This document shows, piece by piece, positions 53,816 to 63,370 of a stretch of 64,000 nucleotides of DNA. Every line of letters begins with the position of its first letter. The stretch's first letter is position 1. Origin of the DNA: a virus. Its lineage: Duplodnaviria; Caudoviricetes. Under the pieces are notes generated by a model. The model ran no database searches. It saw only the letters and a program-made list of their open reading frames with translations, and was not told where the DNA came from. Location: positions 8,766 to 72,765 of the IMG/VR virus record IMGVR_UViG_2556921664_000001. One strand, 5' to 3'. The translations under genes and the position numbers were made by a program.

Positions 53816-56030
53816 CCTTAGGGTTGACTAAATAAGATGGTAATGGTGGACGCCCGTAATACTTGACTGTGACGGGTTCCTGGCGAATATATCCGTAATC
53901 ATCGAGGAAGTTCAAAATTGGCTGGATGACCTCTGTACGCTTAAATCTGGAACAATAACGCATCATATCCCTACGGGTAAAACGTTCCAACTTCTTTTCA
54001 CGAATCTTGTCCAATATTACTTTTGCCTGTTCCCTAATCTGTTCCTCAGGCATTGCTGAAAAAGCCACCCTTGCATGTACCAGAAAATAGTTAGCCAGTC
54101 TGATGGCTCTACTCATAGTAGCTTTGCTTACCACCAATGGCACATCCTCATCTACCTGATCACCCTCATACTGCTCACAAAAGTCATGGCATACATACTT
54201 CTCTGCCCTGCAAAGAAGACCAGCTATTCTCAAGGTCGTCCCGCCCAGCTTACCTACCCATGCAGAAAACTCGGTGTATTCTTTAAGAAGGTCAGCTTCA
54301 AGGTTCATGGAAAACTGATAGAATAACTCCCTTGCGGCATCAGAAAGTGTGATGATTTTATTGCCGTAAGGGTCATCAAGCATATTGGTAATGAGTGTCT
54401 CGTATCTTGCTTTAACATCCTCCGGGACAGTCTTACTGTTGATGTTTCTCTCACCCAGCCTTGAACTTGGAATGCAGTAAAGAAATCTGGCCGTAAGTCC
54501 ACGTCCCTGGAAATTCTTATTGCCTAACACCTGCGATGCCACACTTGGCTGCGCCATCAGCATCACTGTAAGAGCCGGGTTGAGTACATACTCACTGTCC
54601 CTGCCCACGCGGTCAACCTTGATGGTGTCCCCGGAGTATGCTTTAAGCATGACATCAATATTTACGGTCTTTGTATAGATACCAGCCAAGGTGTCAAAAA
54701 TGCCGCCCTCACTTGATATGATGGCTGCATGGCCATCATTTTTGGCCAGAATGGATACCAGTTTTTCAGTCGTAACATCATCTACATAAAGCTGCAGAGG
54801 ATTGATTTCCTTGAAGCTGGCAATCTCCTCGGTTACATTCTCCAGTTCATCCATGGTAGCTTTACCCATGGCAATTCTGTCCTCTATGGATTTCTGCTGT
54901 TTCTGTAACATCCTCAAACGGGACTTGTTCTTTTCCACTGTAGCCGCATGAACTCTGTTGTACTCAATCTCGTAAAGGCAGATGGCATTGCACATAAGTT
55001 TTATGACTGCCGACTTTCGCTCAGATGGCTGTGCTACCTCAAGCGCATAAATGTTAAGTGGTTCAATCCAGTCAGCTTTGCCTGCAATGGAGTATTTACC
55101 CTGTATGCACACAGCAATCGCAGGAAGTGCCAGAACGCCTGCCATATCAAGAGGTGTCTGCGTACTCTCAGATACTGCCAGCACATAATCTGCTATTGGC
55201 TTTGGCAGTGCATCAACCGGAAAAGGTGGCATAACATATTCCTCAAAAGGAATAGGGTCATCCCATTCGGTGTCATCATATTTCTCAGGTGGAATGTAGG
55301 ATGGGTCTGTCAGTACCTTCTCGTTATAAAACTTGATGGCACTTCTCCAAATGGTCCTGAGTTCATCCTTTTCCAGGGGCGGAACGCACTCATCATTGGC
55401 CTTAAGGAATAAATCCCTCGCCTCGTCTGTGTCTCCATAGCGTTTAAGGAGACTAGCAGCCTTCCTGGAAAGTGAGCTATTACGGGAACCCTCACGCACC
55501 GAGTCAAAATCCTCATCTCCAAAAAGCTGATCAATGGTCATACTGCCTTTATTCCAATAAATGTCCTCAGATTCAGTTGCATAGATAAACCTCGCAGCTC
55601 CCAGAGCTTCTGGGTCAAAAAACGGATACATCTTTTGTAGTCTCTTTTTTAAGGACTCATAGTGCTCAGCTGAATTGGTCTTGGTAATCCTAAAATAAAC
55701 ATGCCACTTTGGCCGTGCTGACTTCCCATCCTTTTCCTTCATGTGGTTACGGCTTGGAACCAGTACGAAATCATAATCCTTGAAAGTTTCAATAATGCGT
55801 TCCTGGGTCATCCACATGGCGGGATTATCTGAGCCACTGTTATCAATATCCATTGGAATGACATCAGCTTCAATGAAGTTATCCTTGCTGCGATAGTTAT
55901 TGGTGTAGTTAGCACACACATGGTCAAAGGCAATTACATCTTTCATGCCCTCAATATCAGTAACCTCAACACTATATGGATACCTACAATTTTTCTGAGC
56001 GTATTTAACGCCCGCCCTGTTAAATATCAT
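53811..56030 (-). CDS. Primase-like protein with PriCT-type domain and DUF3987/YfjI-like P-loop domain
   Basis: IPMDIDN, SRNH, WHVYF, EGSRNSSL...PPLEKDEL, QPSERKS, VDDVTTEKL, GLTARFL. Confidence 0.8.
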   Translation of the reverse strand: MIFNRAGVKYAQKNCRYPYSVEVTDIEGMKDVIAFDHVCANYTNNYRSKDNFIEADVIPMDIDNSGSDNPAMWMTQERIIETFKDYDFVLVPSRNHMKEKDGKSARPKWHVYFRITKTNSAEHYESLKKRLQKMYPFFDPEALGAARFIYATESEDIYWNKGSMTIDQLFGDEDFDSVREGSRNSSLSRKAASLLKRYGDTDEARDLFLKANDECVPPLEKDELRTIWRSAIKFYNEKVLTDPSYIPPEKYDDTEWDDPIPFEEYVMPPFPVDALPKPIADYVLAVSESTQTPLDMAGVLALPAIAVCIQGKYSIAGKADWIEPLNIYALEVAQPSERKSAVIKLMCNAICLYEIEYNRVHAATVEKNKSRLRMLQKQQKSIEDRIAMGKATMDELENVTEEIASFKEINPLQLYVDDVTTEKLVSILAKNDGHAAIISSEGGIFDTLAGIYTKTVNIDVMLKAYSGDTIKVDRVGRDSEYVLNPALTVMLMAQPSVASQVLGNKNFQGRGLTARFLYCIPSSRLGERNINSKTVPEDVKARYETLITNMLDDPYGNKIITLSDAARELFYQFSMNLEADLLKEYTEFSAWVGKLGGTTLRIAGLLCRAEKYVCHDFCEQYEGDQVDEDVPLVVSKATMSRAIRLANYFLVHARVAFSAMPEEQIREQAKVILDKIREKKLERFTRRDMMRYCSRFKRTEVIQPILNFLDDYGYIRQEPVTVKYYGRPPLPSYLVNPKV

Positions 56031-56388
56031 GTTTTTCTTTCAACTCCTCCGTAAAATAGCGGATAGGCTTATCCTTCGCCCATTCTATCTCCTGCTTCAT
56101 ACCCTCAGAGATAACTTCCCCAAACACCCACAGCTCATCACACCACTCAAGAAGCTCTCTGTTCATCTCCATGGCCATATCACGCTCCTCCGGGACATGG
56201 TCACGAAGAAACTGCGTAAAATAGATATGCGGTGCTATCGGCAGATGCCCGCGCTCTGCTACAAAACGGGCATACCACTGGGCCTTGGAGATATTGGACT
56301 TAACATTTCCCCTAAGTTGGCTTGAGACATAAACTTTCTTCATTTTGCTACCTCCCTGAAGAACTTCTTGGAACACTTCTTGCAGCAA
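56020..56388 (-). CDS. Nucleoside deoxyribosyltransferase-like (DUF4406/DUF7768-like) protein
   Basis: VYVSSQLRG...PIAPH...CDELWVFG..ISEGMKQEI. Confidence 0.75.
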   Translation of the reverse strand: MLQEVFQEVLQGGSKMKKVYVSSQLRGNVKSNISKAQWYARFVAERGHLPIAPHIYFTQFLRDHVPEERDMAMEMNRELLEWCDELWVFGEVISEGMKQEIEWAKDKPIRYFTEELKEKHDI

Positions 56389-56555
56389 ACAGAACTGCCG
56401 TAGAGATCAAAGTCCTCATCCCCGATAAAGTCCGATAAATCGACCTCAACCTCTGCACCACACTTTGGGCACTGGCAGAACACATTGTCAGCAATTTCGA
56501 TTGTTACCTCCACCGCATCATTGATTTTTTCCTTAACGTAAAACATTGTTTTCAC
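56340..56555 (-). CDS. Small Zn-finger phage protein
   Basis: CQCPKC...CCKKC. Confidence 0.75.
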   Translation of the reverse strand: MKTMFYVKEKINDAVEVTIEIADNVFCQCPKCGAEVEVDLSDFIGDEDFDLYGSSVCCKKCSKKFFREVAK

Positions 56556-57195
56556 CCCTATAATTCATAAGACTCCATTCAAGCATTCTCTTTCTCTGAC
56601 TGTAATCAGGCACAGCGACCAAAAGGCCGATATCCACGTCCTGCAAATAATCAAGGTCAGCAATCTGCTCATCTGTGAGATATGGTCTTATAGACTCACC
56701 CTTCTCAATTCCATTAGCTGTTCTGAACTGCTTTGCACTCATGCCAAGAACAATACGGTTAAGAAGGTCACACTCATTTGAGTAATGGTACGGCTTCGGA
56801 TTTTCATGGATAGCTCTGACCATTTTGGTGAGCTTTGGAAACTGCTGTCTGGCATTAACCAATGACCTGATTTGGGATTCCATCTCATTAAAGCGGTTGA
56901 TGTAGAATTCCTTGAACTGGGCGGCCTTCTTGCCTGTAAACCCCATGACCAAAAAAACAAATCCATCCCTGGTCATCTGATAACATGGCATATTGTGCCC
57001 TTGAGAATTAACATATTTCGACTGCGCAAAATTGCGCTGGCGAAATTCATCCGAGCAATCCAAATTCCTTATTGCCCTCAGCACATCTCTATGCTCTTTG
57101 TTAAAAAACTTAGCCACATACAGGCTGTCGACTCGGACGGTATCATGGCAATCAACAAAAATGCCATAATCGTCCATTGGTACTAATGCTTTCAT
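56533..57195 (-). CDS. rha: Rha-family regulatory protein
   Basis: DSLYVAKFFNKEHRDVLRAI...YQMTRDGFVFLVMGFTGKKAAQFKEFYINRFNEME. Confidence 0.88.
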   Translation of the reverse strand: MKALVPMDDYGIFVDCHDTVRVDSLYVAKFFNKEHRDVLRAIRNLDCSDEFRQRNFAQSKYVNSQGHNMPCYQMTRDGFVFLVMGFTGKKAAQFKEFYINRFNEMESQIRSLVNARQQFPKLTKMVRAIHENPKPYHYSNECDLLNRIVLGMSAKQFRTANGIEKGESIRPYLTDEQIADLDYLQDVDIGLLVAVPDYSQRKRMLEWSLMNYRGENNVLR

Positions 57196-57272
57196 ATGAA
57201 CCTCACTTTCCGGCCATCTGGCCACGTCTTCACTTGTAAAAGGACACTTAGTTCAATTTTTAGAACTAAAAA

Positions 57273-57301
57273 AGAGCACTTTTTCCGAAGATAAGTGCTC
57301 T
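57273..57301 (-). terminator. Intrinsic terminator after the DNA polymerase gene
   Basis: AGAGCACTT/AAGTGCTCT stem with a T tract on the minus strand. Confidence 0.7.
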
Positions 57302-57313
57302 TACCCTCCTAGT

Positions 57314-57344
57314 TATCACTGGAGAATGAGGCTCAATTTGAGCA
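57314..57344 (-). promoter_or_regulatory. Bipartite motif TGCTCAA-N13-CTCCAGTGATA, copy 2
   Basis: Exact arms and spacing; starts immediately after the polymerase stop codon. Confidence 0.7.
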
Positions 57345-59294
57345 TTACTTTTTATAAAATTTTCCTTCATAGCCTTCAGCTTTGAGCTGCAGTCCAGCCG
57401 CCCAAGGAGGGGTCTTGCTCATAAGCTGGCAGATGGTTTCTACATCTGTACTTTCAGGGCACTCCACTATAATTTCATCATGCACATGAGCTACAATGCG
57501 GTATTCCTTAAATGTCGCCATGGCATACATCAGAATATCCCTGCTCATGCCCTGCACTATGTTCTCCACAAATTTGGGGCCATAGCTTTCAAGCCGCTCC
57601 CACTTCTTTGTGGTACCATTTGAACCTTCATAGGTAACAGACTCACTGCCAAATTTATTGACTCCCATTTTGGGCTTCACATAAGACAGTCTTCTTCCGC
57701 TTGGAAGTTCAATAAAGAGCATACCGCTCTTGCAAATAAACTTAATTCCGTGTGTGCTTGTTGTGGTATGCTGGATGACAGCTTCTTTTACGGCCCTATC
57801 AACGGCCCACCAGAAATTTACGATATTTGGATTTGCATTTCTCCACGCATCCACAAGTGGCTGGAGCTCTTCTTCCTTCATGCCGGACTCCAATGCTCCC
57901 ATTGCAATAAGAGCACCTACAGCCCCTCCATATCCGCAGCTAAGCGTTGCCTGTTTACCTTTTTGCCTGAGTTCCCCGTTCTCGCCATTTTTTACGACCT
58001 TACAATGAAACATTCTTGAAGCCGTGGCACAGTATATATCTTCCCCGCGAGCAAAGGTATCCAGCACCCACTGTTCTCCTGCAAGGTAAGCCAACACTCT
58101 GGCTTCTATAGCGCTAAAGTCAGCCACTATAAACTTATACCCATCCTGAGGAACAAAGGCTGTGCGGATGAGCTGTGAGAGCGTATCCGGGATATCATCA
58201 TAGAGCAACTCCATTACTTTAAACGGGGCGGTTTTTACAAGCTGTCTTGCTTCTGCAAGGTCGCTGATATGGTTCTGGGGAAGGTTCTGTAATTGAATCA
58301 GCCGCCCCGCGAAACGCCCAGTCCTGTTTGCCCCATAAAACCTGAACATTCCCCTGGCCCTGCCATCACTGCATACTGCATTTTCCATTGCCTGATACTT
58401 CTTTACAGATGACTTCGCCAGCTTCTTCCTTATTCCCAATACCTTCTGTACATGGGGCGGTGCTGTCGGGAGCATTGCACTAACAGCCTTTTTATCCAGG
58501 CTGGTAACTTCCATCCCCTGCTCAATAAGCCAGTCTTTTAACTGCATAACGCTGTTTGGGTTCTCAAGCCCCGTTATATCCTTAATCTCGTTCATAAGAG
58601 CATCACGTGACTTGGCATCAAAGCAAATTGCATTTTTTGCAAATTCCATATCCACGGCAATGCCCCTGTCGTTTATCTGCTGATCCAGCCAAAACTCCTC
58701 CCACACAGAATCTGGTACTGGGAACTTTTGAAGCCTATCCTGTATGGCCATCTCGACCTCTACATCGCGGATATTGTATTTCTTGAATCTGTCCCACTTA
58801 TCCTTATCATGCATTGGCATGTTCCGGGTTCGGCCCCCATTGGCCTTAGTAGGCTTGCACGGAACACAGAAATACCTTATCAGCTCCTTACCCTCGGTTA
58901 TTTTCTGCTGCTCTAATCCCAGTACCGCCCCGGCACCTGCAAGAGACATTGGAAGTCCCATATAAGCACACCATGTCATGGAGCACTTCCACGATGCGGG
59001 ACTCAGATAATGTGTATCAAGGGAATAATACCTGCGAAGGTACTCGGACAGGCAGACACGTTCAAACTGGCTATTGAAAGCCCATTTTGTAATACTTGGG
59101 TCAGACAAAGCACCAATTATCTCATCTGGGATTTTCTCTCCCTGGGCGATATCAATGACAGTCACATTGCCGCCATCAACCGAGTAAGCAAATAACAGGA
59201 TTTCAAAATTGGGTGACTCAGCATATTTATAGACACCACATTTAGCAATATCCACATCAGAATACGTTTCCAAATCGATACTGATTGTATTCAT
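57345..59294 (-). CDS. Family-A DNA polymerase with 3'-5' exonuclease
   Basis: IDLET, AFNSQFE, RDVEVE, TGRFAG, ADFSAIEAR, KQATLSCGYG, HVHDE; start moved to MNTISIDLE. Confidence 0.93.
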   Translation of the reverse strand: MNTISIDLETYSDVDIAKCGVYKYAESPNFEILLFAYSVDGGNVTVIDIAQGEKIPDEIIGALSDPSITKWAFNSQFERVCLSEYLRRYYSLDTHYLSPASWKCSMTWCAYMGLPMSLAGAGAVLGLEQQKITEGKELIRYFCVPCKPTKANGGRTRNMPMHDKDKWDRFKKYNIRDVEVEMAIQDRLQKFPVPDSVWEEFWLDQQINDRGIAVDMEFAKNAICFDAKSRDALMNEIKDITGLENPNSVMQLKDWLIEQGMEVTSLDKKAVSAMLPTAPPHVQKVLGIRKKLAKSSVKKYQAMENAVCSDGRARGMFRFYGANRTGRFAGRLIQLQNLPQNHISDLAEARQLVKTAPFKVMELLYDDIPDTLSQLIRTAFVPQDGYKFIVADFSAIEARVLAYLAGEQWVLDTFARGEDIYCATASRMFHCKVVKNGENGELRQKGKQATLSCGYGGAVGALIAMGALESGMKEEELQPLVDAWRNANPNIVNFWWAVDRAVKEAVIQHTTTSTHGIKFICKSGMLFIELPSGRRLSYVKPKMGVNKFGSESVTYEGSNGTTKKWERLESYGPKFVENIVQGMSRDILMYAMATFKEYRIVAHVHDEIIVECPESTDVETICQLMSKTPPWAAGLQLKAEGYEGKFYKK

Positions 59295-59317
59295 ATATTT
59301 CCTCCATAGAAAGCAAA

Positions 59318-59342
59318 GCGGTAGAGGAAAATCCTCTACCGC
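59318..59342 (-). terminator. Hairpin/attenuator between the SSB and polymerase genes
   Basis: Perfect 11-bp stem GCGGTAGAGGA/TCCTCTACCGC followed by TTTGCTTT on the minus strand. Confidence 0.65.
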
Positions 59343-59380
59343 CGCCTTCATATACTCAGCTATATTCCATACTGGATACC

Positions 59381-59944
59381 TTAACTCAGGAAATCCTCAT
59401 TTGACTCAGTTGCAAAATCATCCTCTGCACTGCTGCGACCACCAAGAGGCTCGCCATCCTTAATCTTCTGCAGATTATTGAGCCCGCAAGCGATGCCCTT
59501 ATTGCCATTCTTGTTATAAGCGTAGAAGTTGATGCTGGCACGACCATAAACACCGCTATAGACTTCACTACGGTCGATGATAGGCTGGCAAGACGCATCT
59601 ACGATTCCCGGCGGATTTGGGCTGTTAGCATTTACGAAATAGCTGTTGGCATAAGCTGCATCATCAGGACGCTCAGTATCACCATCACGAAGCGGAGTCT
59701 TAATAGCAGACAGAGCTGGAACGGTACGGCCATTGCCCTTGAGCTTACCAGCGCCTTCGGTATAAGCTGCCTGAATGGCCTTTTCGATTTTTTCGATTGT
59801 CTCGGTATCATCCTTCGGGATAATAAGACTTACAGAACACTTAGGAGCACTTCCATTGATTGACTTTGGTTCCCACACATTTGCGTAACTCCAACGGGTA
59901 CGCTCACCAGTAATAACCTTCATTGGATTGTTCAATTTTGCCAT
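59381..59944 (-). CDS. DUF2815-type single-stranded DNA-binding protein
   Basis: RWSYANVWEP, PLRDGD, VYSGVYGR, ACGLNNLQK; acidic C-terminus. Confidence 0.88.
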   Translation of the reverse strand: MAKLNNPMKVITGERTRWSYANVWEPKSINGSAPKCSVSLIIPKDDTETIEKIEKAIQAAYTEGAGKLKGNGRTVPALSAIKTPLRDGDTERPDDAAYANSYFVNANSPNPPGIVDASCQPIIDRSEVYSGVYGRASINFYAYNKNGNKGIACGLNNLQKIKDGEPLGGRSSAEDDFATESNEDFLS

Positions 59945-59946
59945 AA

Positions 59947-61068
59947 TTAATTTTCCTCCTTAAAATCACTGTTCATTGCTTCTCTTTTGTCATTTTCCGG
60001 TACCAGGGTAGGTTTCCCCGGTGGCTTAACTACATACTGCCCAATAAGCTCATTGAACTTAGTCTTACCCAGCAGTTTCTCCAGGGCTGTAACCCCCAAG
60101 AGTTTCTTCTCGAATGGGTCTTTGCCCATAGCAGTTACTGCTTTAATGACGGCTTCTTCATTGGAAATCTTACGGTTGGAGCGACCTTCCACCAGTTTCC
60201 ATCCTTGCCATTCCTTCCCTGCTATGGCCATCTGCAGAGCATAGGCCTTAATATCGTTTGCCCAGGAAACCAGTTCGTCTGCCTTATCCAAAATTACCGC
60301 TATCTCTGAATCAGAAAGCGTTGGTGGCATCTGGAAGTCATATTTGGCAAGGAGCATATTAGCCTCGGCTCTCGCTCGACACTCATGCTTTGCCTTACAG
60401 AACCTGCACCACTCACCGCAGGAAAAGTCTCCCTCGCCCTTATAGGCAAGAGCGGCTCTTGGGCGGAGTTCCTCTTCAGCCCATTTGTATAGAGCGTCTT
60501 TGCCTATATCGAACTCGGAGATATTCTCCCTGCGGGGCTGGTAGATTACCAGATGGACAGTATCAATGTCATATATGCTGTCAAACATGGAGAGGGCTCC
60601 CAGGGCGTAGCACTTCAGTTGGGCATTTTCTGTGGCATCAACGGCTACACCCTTACCGTGCTTATAATCGCAAATGGTAAGTACACCATCGGCAACTATC
60701 AGAGCATCAGCTGTACCAAATCCCTCTGGAACCCAGTTAGAAAAATCTACTCTCTGCTCCACCATGATTAATGGGTCAGCGCACTTTTCCTTTGCCATTC
60801 TGACCAATTCCATGACAATGTCACGGTAACCATCAGTGAAGTTTTCCATTTCCTCACAGTAGTATTTCAGCTTCTTGGTAGGGTTGGTTGCTTTACGCTT
60901 AAGTGCTTTAAGCACCTTATATTCTCCCAAGGCATGTGCTTCAGTGCCCTCTGCAGCATATTCACTTGGCTGGTCTTGGTAGGACTCTCCCAGCCTGGCT
61001 GATGGTGGACAATGAAGCCACCTTGGGGCGGATGAAGCGGATAATAATGCGTGACCTTTAGTTGGCAT
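59947..61068 (-). CDS. DUF2800-type Cas4-like exonuclease
   Basis: HALLSASSAPRW..C, FGTADAL, DYKHG, QLKCYALG, GEWCRFC...C. Confidence 0.88.
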   Translation of the reverse strand: MPTKGHALLSASSAPRWLHCPPSARLGESYQDQPSEYAAEGTEAHALGEYKVLKALKRKATNPTKKLKYYCEEMENFTDGYRDIVMELVRMAKEKCADPLIMVEQRVDFSNWVPEGFGTADALIVADGVLTICDYKHGKGVAVDATENAQLKCYALGALSMFDSIYDIDTVHLVIYQPRRENISEFDIGKDALYKWAEEELRPRAALAYKGEGDFSCGEWCRFCKAKHECRARAEANMLLAKYDFQMPPTLSDSEIAVILDKADELVSWANDIKAYALQMAIAGKEWQGWKLVEGRSNRKISNEEAVIKAVTAMGKDPFEKKLLGVTALEKLLGKTKFNELIGQYVVKPPGKPTLVPENDKREAMNSDFKEEN

Positions 61069-61315
61069 CGCCTATCGCCTCCGCTTCTTTGACCACATCT
61101 GCATACTCAGACTCAGGAATATCAGAGAGCTTGGCTGCATTATGCTTCTTGATTAATGCCTTTACTTCATCAGCAAATCCCTTACCAGCTTTATCTGCCA
61201 GGATAGTTCTTACATCAGTAAAGGTAACCGGCTTCTCTTCAGATTTGCCAAGTTTGTCTGCCACTTCATTAATTAACTGGGCGGCTTTTCTGAGCTTCGT
61301 AACCATATCTTCCAT
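61058..61315 (-). CDS. Small replication-module protein (85 aa)
   Basis: VRTILADKAGKG...VKALIKKHNAAKLSDI. Confidence 0.8.
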   Translation of the reverse strand: MEDMVTKLRKAAQLINEVADKLGKSEEKPVTFTDVRTILADKAGKGFADEVKALIKKHNAAKLSDIPESEYADVVKEAEAIGDAN

Positions 61316-61406
61316 TGTCGTGCTTCTCCTCTCTTTTCATGATGTTTTTTGCCAGCCTTGCGCTCACCTCACTGATGGCACAAAGCACTTCTACAATTTC
61401 TCGCAT
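61269..61406 (-). CDS. Small phage protein (45 aa)
   Basis: Not in the ORF track. MREIVEVLCAISEVSARLAKNI...; AGGAGGTGAGG RBS. Confidence 0.55.
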   Translation of the reverse strand: MREIVEVLCAISEVSARLAKNIMKREEKHDNGRYGYEAQKSRPVN

Positions 61407-61446
61407 TTTCCTCACCTCCTGACTGCAGGCTCATTCGCCTCACACC

Positions 61447-61477
61447 TATCACTGGAGATTAGGAATCAATTTGAGCA
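61447..61477 (-). promoter_or_regulatory. Bipartite motif TGCTCAA-N13-CTCCAGTGATA, copy 3
   Basis: Overlaps the last codons of the sigma-like gene and precedes the DUF2800/SSB/polymerase operon. Confidence 0.7.
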
Positions 61478-61944
61478 GTTATTTTTAAAATTTTTCTGAT
61501 TCTTTTTATCTGATTAGCAAATGTGCGCTGTTTGCGTCCCAGTTTCTCAGCAATTTTACGGTCTGAGAGATTAGGATCCGACATCCAAAGTTTGGCAATC
61601 TTCTCACCATCAGGGTCCAACTCTTTGAGCTTATCAAAAAGCTCATCTAAAAGGGCAGAATCTGCCACAATCTGTTCGAGTTCCATATCACCTGGAATAT
61701 TGTCAGCCAAACTCATTCCTTCCTCATTTTCATAATCCAAAGACACAAAATCTCCTTTACTGTGGAATTGACAGATATCACAATCACCGTCACACTTCCA
61801 TAAATATTCTTTTGTGCAGTAACAACGATGGTGGTACTGCTCCCGTTTACGCTTTGCGTCTACTCCACGGTAGAAGTCACGATATTCTTCATCGGTGACA
61901 TAAAATTTTTCCTTTGCTGCATTGACATAGATGTACTTTTTCAT
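61459..61944 (-). CDS. Sigma-70 region-4-like HTH transcription factor
   Basis: C-terminal LSDRKIAEKLGRKQRTFANQIKRIRKIL HTH; N-terminal Cys cluster. Confidence 0.75.
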   Translation of the reverse strand: MKKYIYVNAAKEKFYVTDEEYRDFYRGVDAKRKREQYHHRCYCTKEYLWKCDGDCDICQFHSKGDFVSLDYENEEGMSLADNIPGDMELEQIVADSALLDELFDKLKELDPDGEKIAKLWMSDPNLSDRKIAEKLGRKQRTFANQIKRIRKILKITAQIDS

Positions 61945-61948
61945 TGTT

Positions 61949-62124
61949 TGTCATCCTCCCTGTCCAGGCGTAGGACGGAAAGGATGACATTAGCTTAGAA
62001 ACTGTTGTGAGCTGTACCGAAGCACTAAAAAAGCGCATAGAAATAACGGTAGAGCTTACAATAGCTTCACTTCTCCTGTGATAATGAAGTATCAGCTATA
62101 TGTAATCCCTGCCGCCCTATGCGC
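61949..62124 (-). promoter_or_regulatory. Structured 5' leader of the sigma-like gene
   Basis: GCGCATAG/CTATGCGC long-range stem followed by a T tract; TGTCATCCT/AGGATGACA hairpin overlapping the RBS. Confidence 0.55.
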
Positions 62125-62296
62125 ATCTTGGACTGCATTTGATTATCTTTTTGGAAACACTACTAGGTGCTCCTATCAGGCTCCAATACTACTGGGACAT
62201 GATAGCAACATCTAGCATTGGTTATTATGCATCAATTTGAACTCAGAAAAGTTCCACAAAATTAAAACTTTCTCATTTTTTCTTACAAAATAAAAA

Positions 62297-62338
62297 AGCC
62301 TGGCAAATAAAGTACTAATGTACTCTACTTGCCAGGCT
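62297..62338 (-). terminator. Intrinsic terminator
   Basis: AGCCTGGCAA/TTGCCAGGCT stem with inner AGTAC/GTACT, then a T tract on the minus strand. Confidence 0.75.
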
Positions 62339-62369
62339 CGTATGTCAGTTTATCGCATCGTGCTCAGTG

Positions 62370-62567
62370 CTAAGCAAATTTATTATGTTTTACAGAAATG
62401 GGATTTCGACACCTTACACACTTATGATACTCATCATAATTAGCAAGGGCACCCTGGGCTGTAACATATTGCCTCAGTAACAGGTTACTTTTGACAAAAA
62501 ATAATGGGTTACCACATACAGGGCATTTTACTGGACATTTGCTTTCGGTCATTAACAAACTAGCCAC
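62370..62567 (-). CDS. Zn-ribbon protein (65 aa)
   Basis: CPVCG...CVRC. Confidence 0.65.
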   Translation of the reverse strand: MASLLMTESKCPVKCPVCGNPLFFVKSNLLLRQYVTAQGALANYDEYHKCVRCRNPISVKHNKFA

Positions 62568-62575
62568 CTTTCATT

Positions 62576-63370
62576 TTAAAACGGGATTTCGTCATCCGAT
62601 ACAGCATATAAATCATCTGTTAAGTCATCTTGCATAAATGCATCAATTGCCTTGGTGATAGGCTCGGCTATCTTAGGCATTTTAAAATATTCTTTAATCG
62701 AGGCATATAAACTCTCAACCAAAACACCAAGTGATGATTCTTTTGCGCTGTTAGTTATATACTGACTTGAACCATTTTCAGGATTATACATCCAAACTTC
62801 AAAAATTTGACTGTTATCAATTTCTACCAGATTCCCCCATGAAAGTTCAATACTCATAATGTAAAATGTTATACCATTTTTAAGGCGAAAATTATAGCAT
62901 GGGCCTTTTATATCGGTTCTACATTCATAAGTACGCGACTTAAATATAACGCGATTTACCAAACCTTCTTCTGCTGGCACATAAAATTCTTCCTCACTCA
63001 ACAGAGGATGGTTAACTCTACCCATACGATCTGGTTCTAACCTATTGAGATAATCAGCAGTTTCCAGTTGCCAATCAATTTTTCTGTCGTCCGTATCCTT
63101 TTTTAATTTTTCAAGAAAACTAGAAAAATACTCCTCCGTTGGATTAAGAGCTGATAAATCTATTTTTAGGATAGTATCTATACTCACCCCCAATAATTCA
63201 GCAGCTCTCATAACAAACTCTATACCTGGTTTTGTAGTCGTCTCCTTACTTACCCTAGATATATATCCGGGATTAACGCCGGCATCAGTTTCAAATTTTC
63301 CTGTTCTTTTATTCTGAACTTGCAGGAGATAATTTATATTGCTAAAAAAAATACTATTGTCAAATTCCAT
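62576..63370 (-). CDS. XRE-type HTH regulator with an unknown C-terminal domain (repressor candidate)
   Basis: N-terminal FFSNINYLL...GVNPGYISRV...PGIEFVMRAAELLGVSIDTIL; no S24 peptidase motif seen. Confidence 0.75.
   Translation of the reverse strand: MEFDNSIFFSNINYLLQVQNKRTGKFETDAGVNPGYISRVSKETTTKPGIEFVMRAAELLGVSIDTILKIDLSALNPTEEYFSSFLEKLKKDTDDRKIDWQLETADYLNRLEPDRMGRVNHPLLSEEEFYVPAEEGLVNRVIFKSRTYECRTDIKGPCYNFRLKNGITFYIMSIELSWGNLVEIDNSQIFEVWMYNPENGSSQYITNSAKESSLGVLVESLYASIKEYFKMPKIAEPITKAIDAFMQDDLTDDLYAVSDDEIPF

Noticed and set aside
59947-61068. Cas4-like genes (here and in the 940-aa fusion) as CRISPR adaptation machinery
   Set aside because: No cas1/cas2 or array; the DUF2800-type gene sits in its normal phage replication context.
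62240-62256. GAAC...GTTC as a Gram-positive SOS (LexA/DinR) box
   Set aside because: The spacing is N8, not the N4 of the established box.
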